Assembly: GCA_963722415.1 (NCBI GenBank)
Contig: CAVRNI010000026.1
Location: 58,362 to 122,361 of the forward strand
Origin: Ilumatobacteraceae bacterium
GTDB taxonomy: Bacteria > Actinomycetota > Acidimicrobiia > Acidimicrobiales > Ilumatobacteraceae
Direction: 5' to 3'
DNA: 64,000 nt
The notes under the pieces are model-generated. The model had not been told where the DNA came from. It searched no databases and saw nothing but the letters and a program-made list of their open reading frames with translations. Below, piece after piece: positions 32,457-42,709 of this stretch; the stretch's first letter is position 1, and every line of letters begins with the position of its first letter. A program made the translations under genes and the position numbers.

Positions 32457-33341
32457 ATGACCGAGGAACGGCGTGGACGTGTCACCCGGTATCTCGAGAC
32501 AGCGACACCGGAGGCGCTCTTCGTCCTGTCGGCGCTGTCGCAGTACGTCGGCGCGGCGATCGCCGTGTCGGTCTTCGACGAGGTCGAACCGCAGACGGTC
32601 GCCTGGTTCCGTGTCATCGGTGCCGCACTCGCGCTGCTGGCCGTCGCGCGCGGCGTCGGCCGCGGCTGGACCCGCTCTCAGCTCGCCGCGGCGGCGATCT
32701 TCGGCGTGGCGACGGCGCTGATGAACACGTTCTTCTACCTCGCCATCGATCGCATCGATCTCGGCAAGGGCGTGGCGATCGAGTTCCTCGGCCCGATCGC
32801 GGTGGCCGCGGCGATGACGCGGACCTCGCGCAACGCCGCGGCACTCGTGCTCACCATCGGCGGCGTGGCGACGCTCGGCGGCGTGGAGATCGGCGACAAC
32901 GCCCTCGGCGTGGTGTTCGTCCTTGCCGCGTCGGCGATGTGGGCCACCTACATCGTCGTCGGTTCCCGGATCGCACAGATCGGTCGCGGCCTTGCACCGC
33001 TCGCGGTGGGGCTCTCGATCGGCGCCGTCGCGCTGACGCCGATCGGGGCGCCGTGGAGCGGGCCGGTGTGGGCATCGCCGACGCTTCTCGCGCTGTGTCT
33101 GCTCACTGGCGTGTTCTCGAACGCGATCGGGTACGGCATCGATCAGTTCGTCCTGCGTCGCATCCCGATCCGCCGATTCTCCTTGCTGCTGGCGTTGCTG
33201 CCGGTCACCGCGCTCGTCGTCGGCTGGGTCGTGCTCGACCAGCGGCCCTCCGTCGTCGATCTGGTGGGCATCTCGCTCGTGCTCGTGGGAGTCGCGCTCC
33301 AGGAGCGCGACGAGATCGTCGGCGTCGTCGAGCCAGGCTGA
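32457..33341 (+). CDS. EamA/DMT-family transporter
   Basis: 294 aa, about 10 hydrophobic segments, two EamA-like halves (...FRVIGAALALLAVARG..., ...LLPVTALVVGWVVLDQRPSVVDLVGISLVLVGVAL). Confidence 0.8.
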   Translation: MTEERRGRVTRYLETATPEALFVLSALSQYVGAAIAVSVFDEVEPQTVAWFRVIGAALALLAVARGVGRGWTRSQLAAAAIFGVATALMNTFFYLAIDRIDLGKGVAIEFLGPIAVAAAMTRTSRNAAALVLTIGGVATLGGVEIGDNALGVVFVLAASAMWATYIVVGSRIAQIGRGLAPLAVGLSIGAVALTPIGAPWSGPVWASPTLLALCLLTGVFSNAIGYGIDQFVLRRIPIRRFSLLLALLPVTALVVGWVVLDQRPSVVDLVGISLVLVGVALQERDEIVGVVEPG

Positions 33342-33413
33342 ACGTCAACCAGCCGTTGCGACGTCAAGCGGCCGTGCGACGTCAACCAGGCCTGCGACGT
33401 CAACCAGGCCTGC
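33341..33413. repeat. Four tandem 18-19 bp units containing GACGTCAA
   Basis: The units are aacgtcaaccagccgttgc, gacgtcaagcggccgtgc, gacgtcaaccaggcctgc and gacgtcaaccaggcctgc. On the minus strand the units repeat the methyltransferase C-terminus plus stop (RRPG-TGA). Confidence 0.9.
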
Positions 33414-34146
33414 GGCCGACGGCTGCGACCGACAGCCCGAACGGCAGATCCACGCGCCGCAGCAGCCGGCGCTCGGCCGATGCGAGACCGCCGAGCACCC
33501 CGCGCAGCCCCCCGGCGTGGCGGTCGAGATCGCTCGCCACCTCACCGCGCTCGACGAGCGACTTGGCACCCGCGGCCGGTACGAGGAACGAATAGGCGCC
33601 GGTCGAACGCTCGAGCGTCAAGCCGGCCGCCGTCACGAAGCCGGCGAGCTCGCGACGCGAGAACCGACGCCCGGTGTGGGTCACCCGGTCGTGGGCGCGG
33701 TGGAGGCGCTTGACACCCGGTTCCCACAGGCACAGCACACCACCCGGCCGCACGACCCGCGCCAGCTCGCGCACGACGGCGGCCGGCTCGACGATCGACC
33801 GGTGGCACAGCACGGTGACGCAGACGACAGCGTCGAACGCATCCGCGGCGAGCGGCAACCGGCCGGCATCGGCGGCGACCAGCCCGATGGAGGTGTGCCG
33901 CTCGCCGAACAGGGACAGCGCCTGCAGTTCGAAGTCGACAGCGACGAGGTCGCCGCGTTCGCCGAGCCATCCGCCCGTCGCACCGGTGCCGCATCCCACG
34001 TCGAGAAACCGGCCGCCCGGTGCGAGCGACCCGGCGAGCAGCTGCTGCAGGAGCGCTCGCGTCGAGCGATACCACCAGTGCACATCTTCGACCTCGGCCA
34101 TGCGCCGGTACTCGGCGAGCTCCATGGTGGGCCGTGACCTCCTCAC
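33400..34146 (-). CDS. Class I SAM-dependent methyltransferase
   Basis: HWWYRSTRALLQQLL...GGRFLDVGCGTGATGGWL (motif I)...DAVVCVTVLCH...VVRPGGVLCLWEP. The start is more likely M8 (34125). Confidence 0.8.
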   Translation of the reverse strand: MRRSRPTMELAEYRRMAEVEDVHWWYRSTRALLQQLLAGSLAPGGRFLDVGCGTGATGGWLGERGDLVAVDFELQALSLFGERHTSIGLVAADAGRLPLAADAFDAVVCVTVLCHRSIVEPAAVVRELARVVRPGGVLCLWEPGVKRLHRAHDRVTHTGRRFSRRELAGFVTAAGLTLERSTGAYSFLVPAAGAKSLVERGEVASDLDRHAGGLRGVLGGLASAERRLLRRVDLPFGLSVAAVGRRPG

Positions 34147-34164
34147 TCTCGAGCCGGCGGCGAA

Positions 34165-35343
34165 GTGGCTGGCGCCACCGCCGCCGGAACCGGGTCTTCA
34201 GTTCTGAACGACGCGTCCGACCTCCTAGTGTCGGCGACGATGTCGGTGACGACCACGGGCTCGGGGACGTCCGCCGGCGACCGTACCGCTCGCACCCGGC
34301 TCGTCTCGCTGTTCCCGATCCGAGCGGTGGTCCTGCCGTGGGTCGTCGCGCGGCTGGTCGTCGTGCCGATCCTGGTCTTCACCACACCCGGACGCCGGTT
34401 CTACGCCGGGAGCCTGCTGTCGATGGACGGGCAGTGGTTCCGGATGATCGCCCTCGACTGGTACGACCGGCCGTACCAACCGGGCGCCTGGAGCGAGTAC
34501 CCGTTCTTCCCGCTGTTCCCGGCGGTCGCGGGAGCGCTCATGAAAGGTGGGATGCCGTCGACGGTCGCGCTCGCCGGCCTGTCGTGGTTGGCGTCGTTGC
34601 TGGCGTTCGCTGCGATCCACCGCCTCGCTGCCGTCCACGCCGGGCCGGCAGCCGCGACGTGGACGGTGTGGTTCGTCGCCCTCTCGCCCGGCGCCCTCAG
34701 CCTCGTGCTCGGGTACTCCGACGCGTTCTACCTCGCCGCCCTGGCGTGGGCGCTGGTGTTCGCCGGCCAGGCGCGCTGGGTGGCGGCTGGTGCCGCGGTC
34801 GCGGTGGCAACCGCGAGCCGTCCCAACGGCTGGATCGCCGCCGTCGCCGTGATCATCGTCATTGCCCGCACCGAGAGGTCGTGGCGTGCCGTTGCCATCG
34901 CCATCGCACCCGCGGCCGTGTTCCTGCTCGGGTGGTTCTGGTACCTCGACCACGCGACCGGCGACCCGTTCGTGTTCTGGTCGGCCAAGTCGGCGTGGGA
35001 CGAGACGTCGATCGTCGAGTGGGCGGGCCGACCCTTGACGGACCGCGCCGAGGTGTTCCACGTCGCATGGTTCGTCGTCGCCCTCGTGTTCTACGTCCGC
35101 CGCGTCTCGCACCAGCCCCCCGAGTGGCTCGCCATCACGGTGTTGACGGTGGTGCCGGCGTTGCTGTTCGGTGTCGTCGGCCTCGCCCGTTACGCGGTGC
35201 TCGCCTTCCCGATGCAGGTCGCGGTCGCCGACTCGTTGTCGCGCCGAGCACCCAACTGGGTGATCTGGGGTGCCCTCGGCTGCTCCGCGATCGGCCTCGG
35301 GTACTTCGCCCACGCCGTGGTCGCCGACTCGTGGTTGCCATGA
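34165..35343 (+). CDS. Polytopic membrane glycosyltransferase, GT-C-like (PIG-V/ArnT-like fold suspected)
   Basis: 392 aa with about 9-10 hydrophobic helices; N-proximal loop SLLSMDGQWFRMIALDWYDRPY...EYPFFPLFP, typical of GT-C mannosyl/arabinosyl-type transferases. An alternative start at 34240 is possible. Confidence 0.5.
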   Translation: MAGATAAGTGSSVLNDASDLLVSATMSVTTTGSGTSAGDRTARTRLVSLFPIRAVVLPWVVARLVVVPILVFTTPGRRFYAGSLLSMDGQWFRMIALDWYDRPYQPGAWSEYPFFPLFPAVAGALMKGGMPSTVALAGLSWLASLLAFAAIHRLAAVHAGPAAATWTVWFVALSPGALSLVLGYSDAFYLAALAWALVFAGQARWVAAGAAVAVATASRPNGWIAAVAVIIVIARTERSWRAVAIAIAPAAVFLLGWFWYLDHATGDPFVFWSAKSAWDETSIVEWAGRPLTDRAEVFHVAWFVVALVFYVRRVSHQPPEWLAITVLTVVPALLFGVVGLARYAVLAFPMQVAVADSLSRRAPNWVIWGALGCSAIGLGYFAHAVVADSWLP

Positions 35344-35388
35344 CCCGGATCAGTCGGTGTCGGTGGGCGCGATGGGCGCCGCCGTAGA

Positions 35389-36405
35389 GTGCGCGTTCAT
35401 ATGCAGCACGAGTCGCCTCCCTTACCCGCGCTCGCCGGCTCGCGCTGCATCGTCACCGGCGGACTCGGTTTCATCGGGTCGAACCTCGTGCACGAGCTCG
35501 TCGGACGCGGCGCCGACGTGACGGTCATCGACGCGATGGTCCCCCAACACGGAGGCGATCGCGCCAACTTGGCGGGCCTCGACGTCACGACGCTCGAGGC
35601 GCGAATCGACGCGCCGGAGGTGGCCGACGCACTCGACGGCGCCGAGGTGATCTTCAACGTCGCCGGACAGGTGAGCCATCTGGCCTCGATCGAGGATCCG
35701 CTGCGCGACCTCGATCTCAACCTGCGCAGCCACGTGTCGTTCCTCGAGATGGTGCGCGCCGTTGCGCCCGCGGCGGTCGTGGTCCAGACGTCGACCAGGC
35801 AGGTCTACGGGCGCCCGCAGTACCTGCCCGTCGACGAACGCCATCCGACATCGCCGGTCGACATCAACGGCATCGACAAGCTCGCCTGCGAGCAGCTCCA
35901 CCTGCTGTACGCACGGGTGCACGGCATGCGGACGTCGGCCCTGCGGCTGACCAACGTGTACGGCCCGCGGTTGCACCTCGGCCGGCCCGATCAAGGCTTC
36001 CTCGCCGTGTTCATCCGGCGGGCGCTGCTCGGTGACGACATCACGTTGTACGGCGACGGCTCGCAGCGCCGCGACTGCCTGCACGTCGACGACGTCGTCG
36101 ACGCGATGATCGCCGCCGCGACGTGCCCCGAGGCCGCCGGCGAGGTGTTCAACCTCGGGCACCACGAATCGCTCAGTCTCGCTGACATCGCCGGGCGGAT
36201 CATCGAGGCGTGCGGATCGACGTCGGCAGTGACGTGCGTGCCGTGGCCCGACGACCTCGCCAAGATCGACATCGGCAGCTTCCAGGGCGACTACTCGAAG
36301 TCGTCCGACGTGCTCGGCTGGAAGCCTTCGATCGGGTTCACGGAAGGCATCCGGAGCACGATCGGGTTCTATCGGGAGCACGCGTGGTCCCCGTCGTCGA
36401 CCTGA
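35389..36405 (+). CDS. NAD-dependent sugar-nucleotide epimerase/dehydratase (SDR)
   Basis: RCIVTGGLGFIGSNLVHELVGRG (GxxGxxG)...TSTRQVYG...PVDINGIDKLACE (YxxxK region)...LRLTNVYGPR. Confidence 0.85.
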   Translation: MRVHMQHESPPLPALAGSRCIVTGGLGFIGSNLVHELVGRGADVTVIDAMVPQHGGDRANLAGLDVTTLEARIDAPEVADALDGAEVIFNVAGQVSHLASIEDPLRDLDLNLRSHVSFLEMVRAVAPAAVVVQTSTRQVYGRPQYLPVDERHPTSPVDINGIDKLACEQLHLLYARVHGMRTSALRLTNVYGPRLHLGRPDQGFLAVFIRRALLGDDITLYGDGSQRRDCLHVDDVVDAMIAAATCPEAAGEVFNLGHHESLSLADIAGRIIEACGSTSAVTCVPWPDDLAKIDIGSFQGDYSKSSDVLGWKPSIGFTEGIRSTIGFYREHAWSPSST

Positions 36406-37439
36406 CCAGACGCCACGCTGCGCAGACCCCCGTGTTCCTCGACGCCGTCGAGCGTGTGCTCGGCTCCGGCAACCTGTTGTTGGGCGCCGAGCTCGAGGCC
36501 TGCGAGCACGAGCTCGCGCTGCTTCTCGGACACCGGCACACGGTGTGCGTCGCGAGCGGCGCATCGGGGTTGCAGCTCGCGCTGCGCGCGGTCGGCGTGT
36601 CGACCGGCGACGAGGTGATCGTCCCGGCGTTCACCGCGGTGCCGACCGCCGCCGCGGTGTGTGCCCTCGGCGCGACGCCGGTGCTGGTCGACGTCGACGC
36701 GTCGACGGCCGCCATCGACCCGGAGCACGCCGCGGATGCGATCACGAGCCGCACTCGGGCGATCGTGCCGGTGCACCTGTACGGGCGCCCGGTCGACCTC
36801 GCGCCACTCGTGGCGCTCGGCATCCCGATCATCGAAGATGCCGCGCAGGCCCACGGGGCGTTGCGGTCGATCGCCGGCGCGGCAGCGGTCTACTCGTTCT
36901 ACCCGACCAAGAACCTGGGCGGCATCGGCGACGGTGGCGCCGTGGCGACCGACGACGAGACGCTCGCCAACGCGGTGCGCCGCTTTCGGATCCACGGGAT
37001 GACCGAGCAGTACGTCCACGTCGACATCAGCCAGAACTTCCGGATGAGTGAGATCGAGGCGGCGTTCATCCGCCTCCAACTCGCCCGTCTCGACGTCGAC
37101 AACTCCCGGCGGCGGGCGATCGCCCGGCACTACCGGCTGGCGGCGCCGAACCTGCGATGGCACGACGACCATCCGGACCACGTGTTCCACCTCTGCGTCC
37201 TCCGTGCGGTCGAGCGCGATCGAATGCGCGCCGAGCTCGAGGCGGCGGGGGTTCAGACCGCGGTGCACTATCCGCTGGCGATCACCCAGCAGCCCGCCTA
37301 TCGGTCGCTGGCGACGCGGCCGTGCCCTGTTGCCGAGGCCTGGGCGGCGGAGACATTGACCGTTCCTTGCGCGCCCGAGCTGACCGACGACGAGGTGGAG
37401 ACCGTCGCGTCCGCCCTCGCCACAGTGGCCGACCGATGA
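36384..37439 (+). CDS. DegT/DnrJ/EryC1/StrS-family PLP sugar aminotransferase
   Basis: From in-frame GTG 36384: VVPVVDLTRRHA...GAELEACEHELA...VIVPAFTAVPTAAAV...IIEDAAQAHG...SFYPTKNLGGIGDGGAV...HGMTEQYVH. Confidence 0.85.
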   Translation: MVPVVDLTRRHAAQTPVFLDAVERVLGSGNLLLGAELEACEHELALLLGHRHTVCVASGASGLQLALRAVGVSTGDEVIVPAFTAVPTAAAVCALGATPVLVDVDASTAAIDPEHAADAITSRTRAIVPVHLYGRPVDLAPLVALGIPIIEDAAQAHGALRSIAGAAAVYSFYPTKNLGGIGDGGAVATDDETLANAVRRFRIHGMTEQYVHVDISQNFRMSEIEAAFIRLQLARLDVDNSRRRAIARHYRLAAPNLRWHDDHPDHVFHLCVLRAVERDRMRAELEAAGVQTAVHYPLAITQQPAYRSLATRPCPVAEAWAAETLTVPCAPELTDDEVETVASALATVADR

Positions 37440-37451
37440 CGGCGTGAGCGC

Positions 37452-38198
37452 ATGACGCGCAACCCACTGGTCCGATCCGTGTCGGCGTTCTTCCCCTGTT
37501 ACAACGACGAGCGCTCGATCGCGCTCATGGTCAACGACGTCCGGCGATCACTGATCGGAGCGGTCGACGACTTCGAGATCATCGTGGTCGACGACGGCTC
37601 GACCGACGGTTCGTTCGACGTGCTGACTGCGCTCGCGGCCGATGTGCCCGAGCTGCGCGTGATCCGTCACGAGGTCAACCGCGGGTACGGCGGTGCGCTG
37701 CTCTCGGGCTTTGCCGCCTCGACCAAGGAGTGGATCTTCTACACCGACGGCGACGCCCAGTACGACGCCAGCGAGATCACGCGCTGCATCGACGTCGTCA
37801 CGGCCGACGTCGACGTGGTCCAGGGCTGGAAGATGGGCCGCGGTGACCCCTGGTATCGCAAGCTGATCGGCCGTACGTATCACCACGTCGTCAAGTTGCT
37901 GTTCCGCCTGCCGGTCCGCGACACCGACTGCGACTTCCGCCTCATCCACTCACGCGTGATGGACGAGGTCGAGCTGACGTCGACGTCAGGCGTGATCTGT
38001 GTCGAGATGATGCACGCCTTCGACCGCGCTGGAGTGCGCTTCGTCGAGGTCGGCGTCAGCCATCACGCGCGCCCGTACGGGAGATCGCAGTTCTTCCGCC
38101 TCCCGGCCATCGCCCGCTCGATCAAGCAGTTGATGGCGTTGTGGTGGCGGGTTTTCGTCAGGAGGCGACCAGACGTGCCCCGACGAGACGCACAGTGA
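37452..38198 (+). CDS. GT2 polyprenyl-phosphate glycosyltransferase (ArnC/DPM1-like)
   Basis: 248 aa: VSAFFPCYNDERSI...EIIVVDDGSTDGS...VIRHEVNRGYGGAL...FYTDGDAQYD...RDTDCDFRL. Confidence 0.85.
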   Translation: MTRNPLVRSVSAFFPCYNDERSIALMVNDVRRSLIGAVDDFEIIVVDDGSTDGSFDVLTALAADVPELRVIRHEVNRGYGGALLSGFAASTKEWIFYTDGDAQYDASEITRCIDVVTADVDVVQGWKMGRGDPWYRKLIGRTYHHVVKLLFRLPVRDTDCDFRLIHSRVMDEVELTSTSGVICVEMMHAFDRAGVRFVEVGVSHHARPYGRSQFFRLPAIARSIKQLMALWWRVFVRRRPDVPRRDAQ

Positions 38199-38208
38199 GC
38201 CGACTCAA

Positions 38209-38213
<5 letters not shown>
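38163..38213 (+). repeat. REP-like palindromic element, copy 4 (left arm degenerate, lies inside the GT2 3' end)
   Basis: aggcgaccagacgtgccccgacgagacgcacagtgagccgactcaatcaga. It contains the GT2 TGA (38196-38198) and abuts the stop of the convergent MoeZ-like gene. Confidence 0.75.
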
Positions 38214-39381
<1,168 letters not shown>

Positions 39382-39390
39382 GCTGAAAGC

Positions 39391-40179
39391 CTACCCCGTG
39401 GGTCGGGTATTGTGAACCAGTGCGGGCAGCACGTCGCTGATCGGCGCCGTCAATTTGGCGTCGGCGAGACCGTCCATCGCCGTCTCCTGGAGGTTGACGA
39501 TCACGACCTTGGCGCCGGCCGACTTGGCGAGCGGCACGCAGTGGGCGACGGGGTACACGGCCAGCGTCGAGCCGATGGCGAGCAGCACGTCGCATTCGCC
39601 GCTGACCTGCATCGCCCGGTCGATCACCTCGGGGACGAGCGCCTGACCGAAGCTGATCGTGTCGCTCTTGATGATGCCGCCGCACACCAGGCACGGCGGA
39701 TCCAATTCGCCGGCCACGACCCGATCGAGTGCCTCGCGCATCGGCCGCCGGTCGTGGCACTCCCAGCAGCGCGTCCACCACACGGTGCCGTGCACCTCGA
39801 CCACCTTGGCCGGATCGGTGCCGGCGCGTTGGTGCAGTTCGTCGATGTTCTGCGTGACGAGCGCGTGGAGCTTGCCCTGCCGATCGAGCTCGACGATCGC
39901 CAGGTGGCCGGCGTTCGGTTCGGCCGTCCACGCCGGCATCGTCAACCGGTTCTGCCAGGCCAGCTTGCGGGTCTCCGGATCGGCCAGGTAGTGCTGGATC
40001 GTCGCCATCTTCTCGGCGGCGGGGTTCTTCGTCCACACGCCGTTCGGCCCCCGGAAGTCGGGGATGCCCGAATCGGTCGAGATCCCGGCCCCGGTGAGCA
40101 CCGTCACCCGCTCGGCGGCCGCGATCCACCCGGCAGCAGCTTCCAGGCCATCCAAGGTGGCATCCGAGATGTCGGCCAT
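39391..40179 (-). CDS. NAD-dependent protein deacylase, Sir2 family (CobB-like)
   Basis: 262 aa from ATG 40177-40179: VLTGAGISTDSGIPDFRGPNGVW...VTQNIDELHQRAG...EVHG...CWEC...CLVCGG (Zn ribbon)...LAIGSTLAVYP. Confidence 0.88.
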   Translation of the reverse strand: MADISDATLDGLEAAAGWIAAAERVTVLTGAGISTDSGIPDFRGPNGVWTKNPAAEKMATIQHYLADPETRKLAWQNRLTMPAWTAEPNAGHLAIVELDRQGKLHALVTQNIDELHQRAGTDPAKVVEVHGTVWWTRCWECHDRRPMREALDRVVAGELDPPCLVCGGIIKSDTISFGQALVPEVIDRAMQVSGECDVLLAIGSTLAVYPVAHCVPLAKSAGAKVVIVNLQETAMDGLADAKLTAPISDVLPALVHNTRPTG

Positions 40180-40222
40180 GTCGCGATTGTGCCCGACTTG
40201 ACGCTCACGGGAGACTTGGAGA

Positions 40223-41327
40223 GTGCCCGTCCCCCGCCGGCTCCTCGTCGCGCTGCTCGCGGTGTGCGCCGCGTGCGGCTCGTCCGCAGAGCCAGCGGAG
40301 TTTTCGGACACGACGCCCGCGGGCGAGCAGAGCACGCGGGCCGCGCCGTCGACGACCACCGCACTGACAACGACGACAGTAGCTGCGGCCTCGGCAACCC
40401 CCGCCGTCGCACCGACCGCCGCCGGTGAGATCCCCGAAGCCGCTCCACCGCTCAACAACGCGGCACGCGTGCACGACGACTGCCGCGCGCGACATCGAGT
40501 TCGACATCGACGCCACGTGCGACATCGCCACCGCCCAGGCGCTGGCGGCGCGACACCCCGGTGTTCGGCAGTTCGTGCTCGTGAAGACGACCTCGTTCAC
40601 CGTGTCGAGCGGCACCGTCGAGGTGATCGGCCGCAGCGTCGACGGCACCTGGCGCTGCCAGCGAGCCGCCCAGACCGCGCGCCTCGGGCGCAACGGCACC
40701 CGCATCCTCGCCGACCGCCGGTCCGGCGACGGCACCACGCCGGCGGGCGTGTTCCCGCTCGGATCGGTGACGGCGTGGGACGGCCAGACGTTCCAGTTCT
40801 TCGGCAACGCACCCGATCCCGGCGTGCGCGGGACGTATCGCAATGTGCGGCACGAGGACTGCTGGGGCGCCACGCCGAACACGGCCCGCTACCAACACGT
40901 CGTCAACCTCCCGCAATGCCCGGGCCCGGATGACGAGTGGCTCGCCGGGGTGGGTGGGGCGTACTCGAACGCGGCCGTCATCGGTGCCAACCTCGACCCG
41001 ATCTCCGGCGACGAGCCCGGCGAACCACCGTTCGCAGCGGCGATCTTCCTGCACCGCCACAGCTACGCGGCCGACGGCTCGACCCGCGGTCTCAGCGGGT
41101 GCGTGTCGCTGTCGCAAGCCGACCTCGAGCACACGCTGCGCACGATCGACCCGGCGTTGAACCCCCAGTTCGCGATCGGCCCGGCCAGCTACCTCCTCGT
41201 CCACCGCCTGACGTTCCGTTCGCGGTCCGATGCTGCGCGACTCGACGGTCCAAGGCCGACGCCCGCATTTGCGTTCGACAGTCAGCGGGGCGTCGAAGTG
41301 TCGTCGACACGTGTGACAGAGTTTTGA
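40223..41327 (+). CDS. Lipoprotein with YkuD-like L,D-transpeptidase-type catalytic domain, frame switch near 40485
   Basis: Lipobox LLAVCAACGS and an Ala/Thr linker lie in the frame of ORF 40223..40933. The rest is in ORF 40425..41327 (DIEFDIDATCD...TPAGVFPLG...AAIFLHRHSYAADGSTRGLSGCVSLSQADLEHTL, i.e. the H...S/T-x-GC motif). Confidence 0.55.
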
Positions 41328-41366
41328 CCCCGCGCTCAACGGGGCGCGGTCGAATGGGGGGACCTC

Positions 41367-41970
41367 ATGAATCACACCAGATTGCGTCTGCTTCTCGCCG
41401 CTTTGATCATCGCCGGCGCCGGCGCCGGTGCGGCGGTGGTCGCGTCGGCATCCGGCGGCAACGCCGCGAGCAGCCACGCCGCGGCGACCGGCAAGAGTGC
41501 TGTGGCGTTGGAGCGCGCTCGCGGTGCCGGCTACAACCGAACAGCAGGTCACCGTGGCCGCGGTCGTCGCCGGGAACTTCACGGCGATCACGCCGTACCG
41601 GTCGTGGGACACCCGGGTGAATCTTGACGACAAGGTCCGCCACGGAGACGCCTACGCCGTCGATGTGCTCACCGACACCAACAACAACCCGATGATCCCG
41701 GCCACTGCGACCGCGATCTCGTTCAACATCACCGTGACCGGCACCGAATCGAGTTTCGGATTCGTGACGGTCTTCAACGCCGACGTGCCAGCGATCCCGG
41801 GAACATCGACGATCAACTGGGTGCAACCGAACTTCACGATCGCCAACGGCGGCATCGTCGCGCTCGGCGCACCCGGCCCGTACGTCGGTCAGATCGGTGT
41901 AGCACTGGACGGCGCCATCGATGCCGCCTCCGAGATCATCGTCGACGTCACTGGCTACTACACGCCGTGA
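41367..41970 (+). CDS. Secreted protein of unknown function, frame switch near 41515
   Basis: The signal peptide MNHTRLRLLLAALIIAGAGAGAAVVASA is in one frame. The mature part, ALAVPATTEQQVTVAAVVAGNFTAITPYRSWDTRVN...ISFNITVTGTESSFGFVTVFNADVPAIPGTSTINW...IVDVTGYYTP, is in ORF 41428..41970. Confidence 0.55.
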
Positions 41971-42168
41971 GCCACATGCGTTGACGCCAGGGCGCGCCAT
42001 CGGACATGGCCGACCTCCGGCGTGCGATCGCGCCTGTCGGTGAAACCGTGCAGAACCGCTGTGTCAAAGATGGAGGATCGGACGCGGAGGTTCCCATTCA
42101 GCGGTGCGCGGTGCCCACAGGGCGGTGACGACTTCCCCCTGACGCCTTCGACCACGTCGGGAACCACC

Positions 42169-42687
42169 ATGGAAGCCACCACGTTCAACGTCCCAGCCCA
42201 CGCCACCATCCGACCCTGGATCGATCCGGTCGTCGACGAGCACGGCCACGACCCACGATCGACCTACGTCGAGCAGTTCTGGCTCGGCGTGATCGGACCG
42301 ACGGCGACGTGGATCATGCGCCGTCTCGCCGCCGGGTTCGACACCGAACCGTCTGGCTTCACGATCGACTTGGAGCACACCGCCAGCGCCATGGGATTGA
42401 GCTTCAGCAAGGGCGTCAACTCCCCGTTCGGCAAGGCGCTGCACCGATGTGTGATGTTCGGCCTCGCCCATCCGCTCTCCGACGGGCTGGCCGTGCGGCG
42501 GCGCTTCCCGCCGATCGCCCTGCGTCACCTGCGCAAGCTGCCCGACGACATCCAGGCCACCCACGCCGAGTGGGACCGCAACACGGTGCGCCTCGACGCC
42601 CGCGACCTCGAACGCCACCTCATCGACGCCGGCGTCCCCGCCCCCACCGCGGTCTACGCCAGCGAGCTCGCCCTCCACGCGTCGTAG
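42169..42687 (+). CDS. Conserved actinobacterial hypothetical protein (possible DNA-binding)
   Basis: From ATG 42169: MEATTFNVPAHATIRPWIDP...EQFWLGVIGPTATWIMRRLAAGF...LEHTASAMGLSFSKGVNSPFGKALHRCVMFGLA...LRHLRKLP. The function call is weak. Confidence 0.4.
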   Translation: MEATTFNVPAHATIRPWIDPVVDEHGHDPRSTYVEQFWLGVIGPTATWIMRRLAAGFDTEPSGFTIDLEHTASAMGLSFSKGVNSPFGKALHRCVMFGLAHPLSDGLAVRRRFPPIALRHLRKLPDDIQATHAEWDRNTVRLDARDLERHLIDAGVPAPTAVYASELALHAS

Positions 42688-42709
42688 TTGTCCCGACGCT
42701 GTTGCCCAG

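Noticed and set aside
33341-33413. Tandem 18-bp repeats as a CRISPR array.
   Set aside because: The units are directly abutting with no spacers, are too short, and no cas genes are present.
41971-42168. 198-nt intergenic region scanned for a riboswitch, sRNA or promoter (TTGACG at 41981).
   Set aside because: No convincing -10 element at proper spacing, no conserved riboswitch core motifs recognisable by eye, and no stable extended hairpin.
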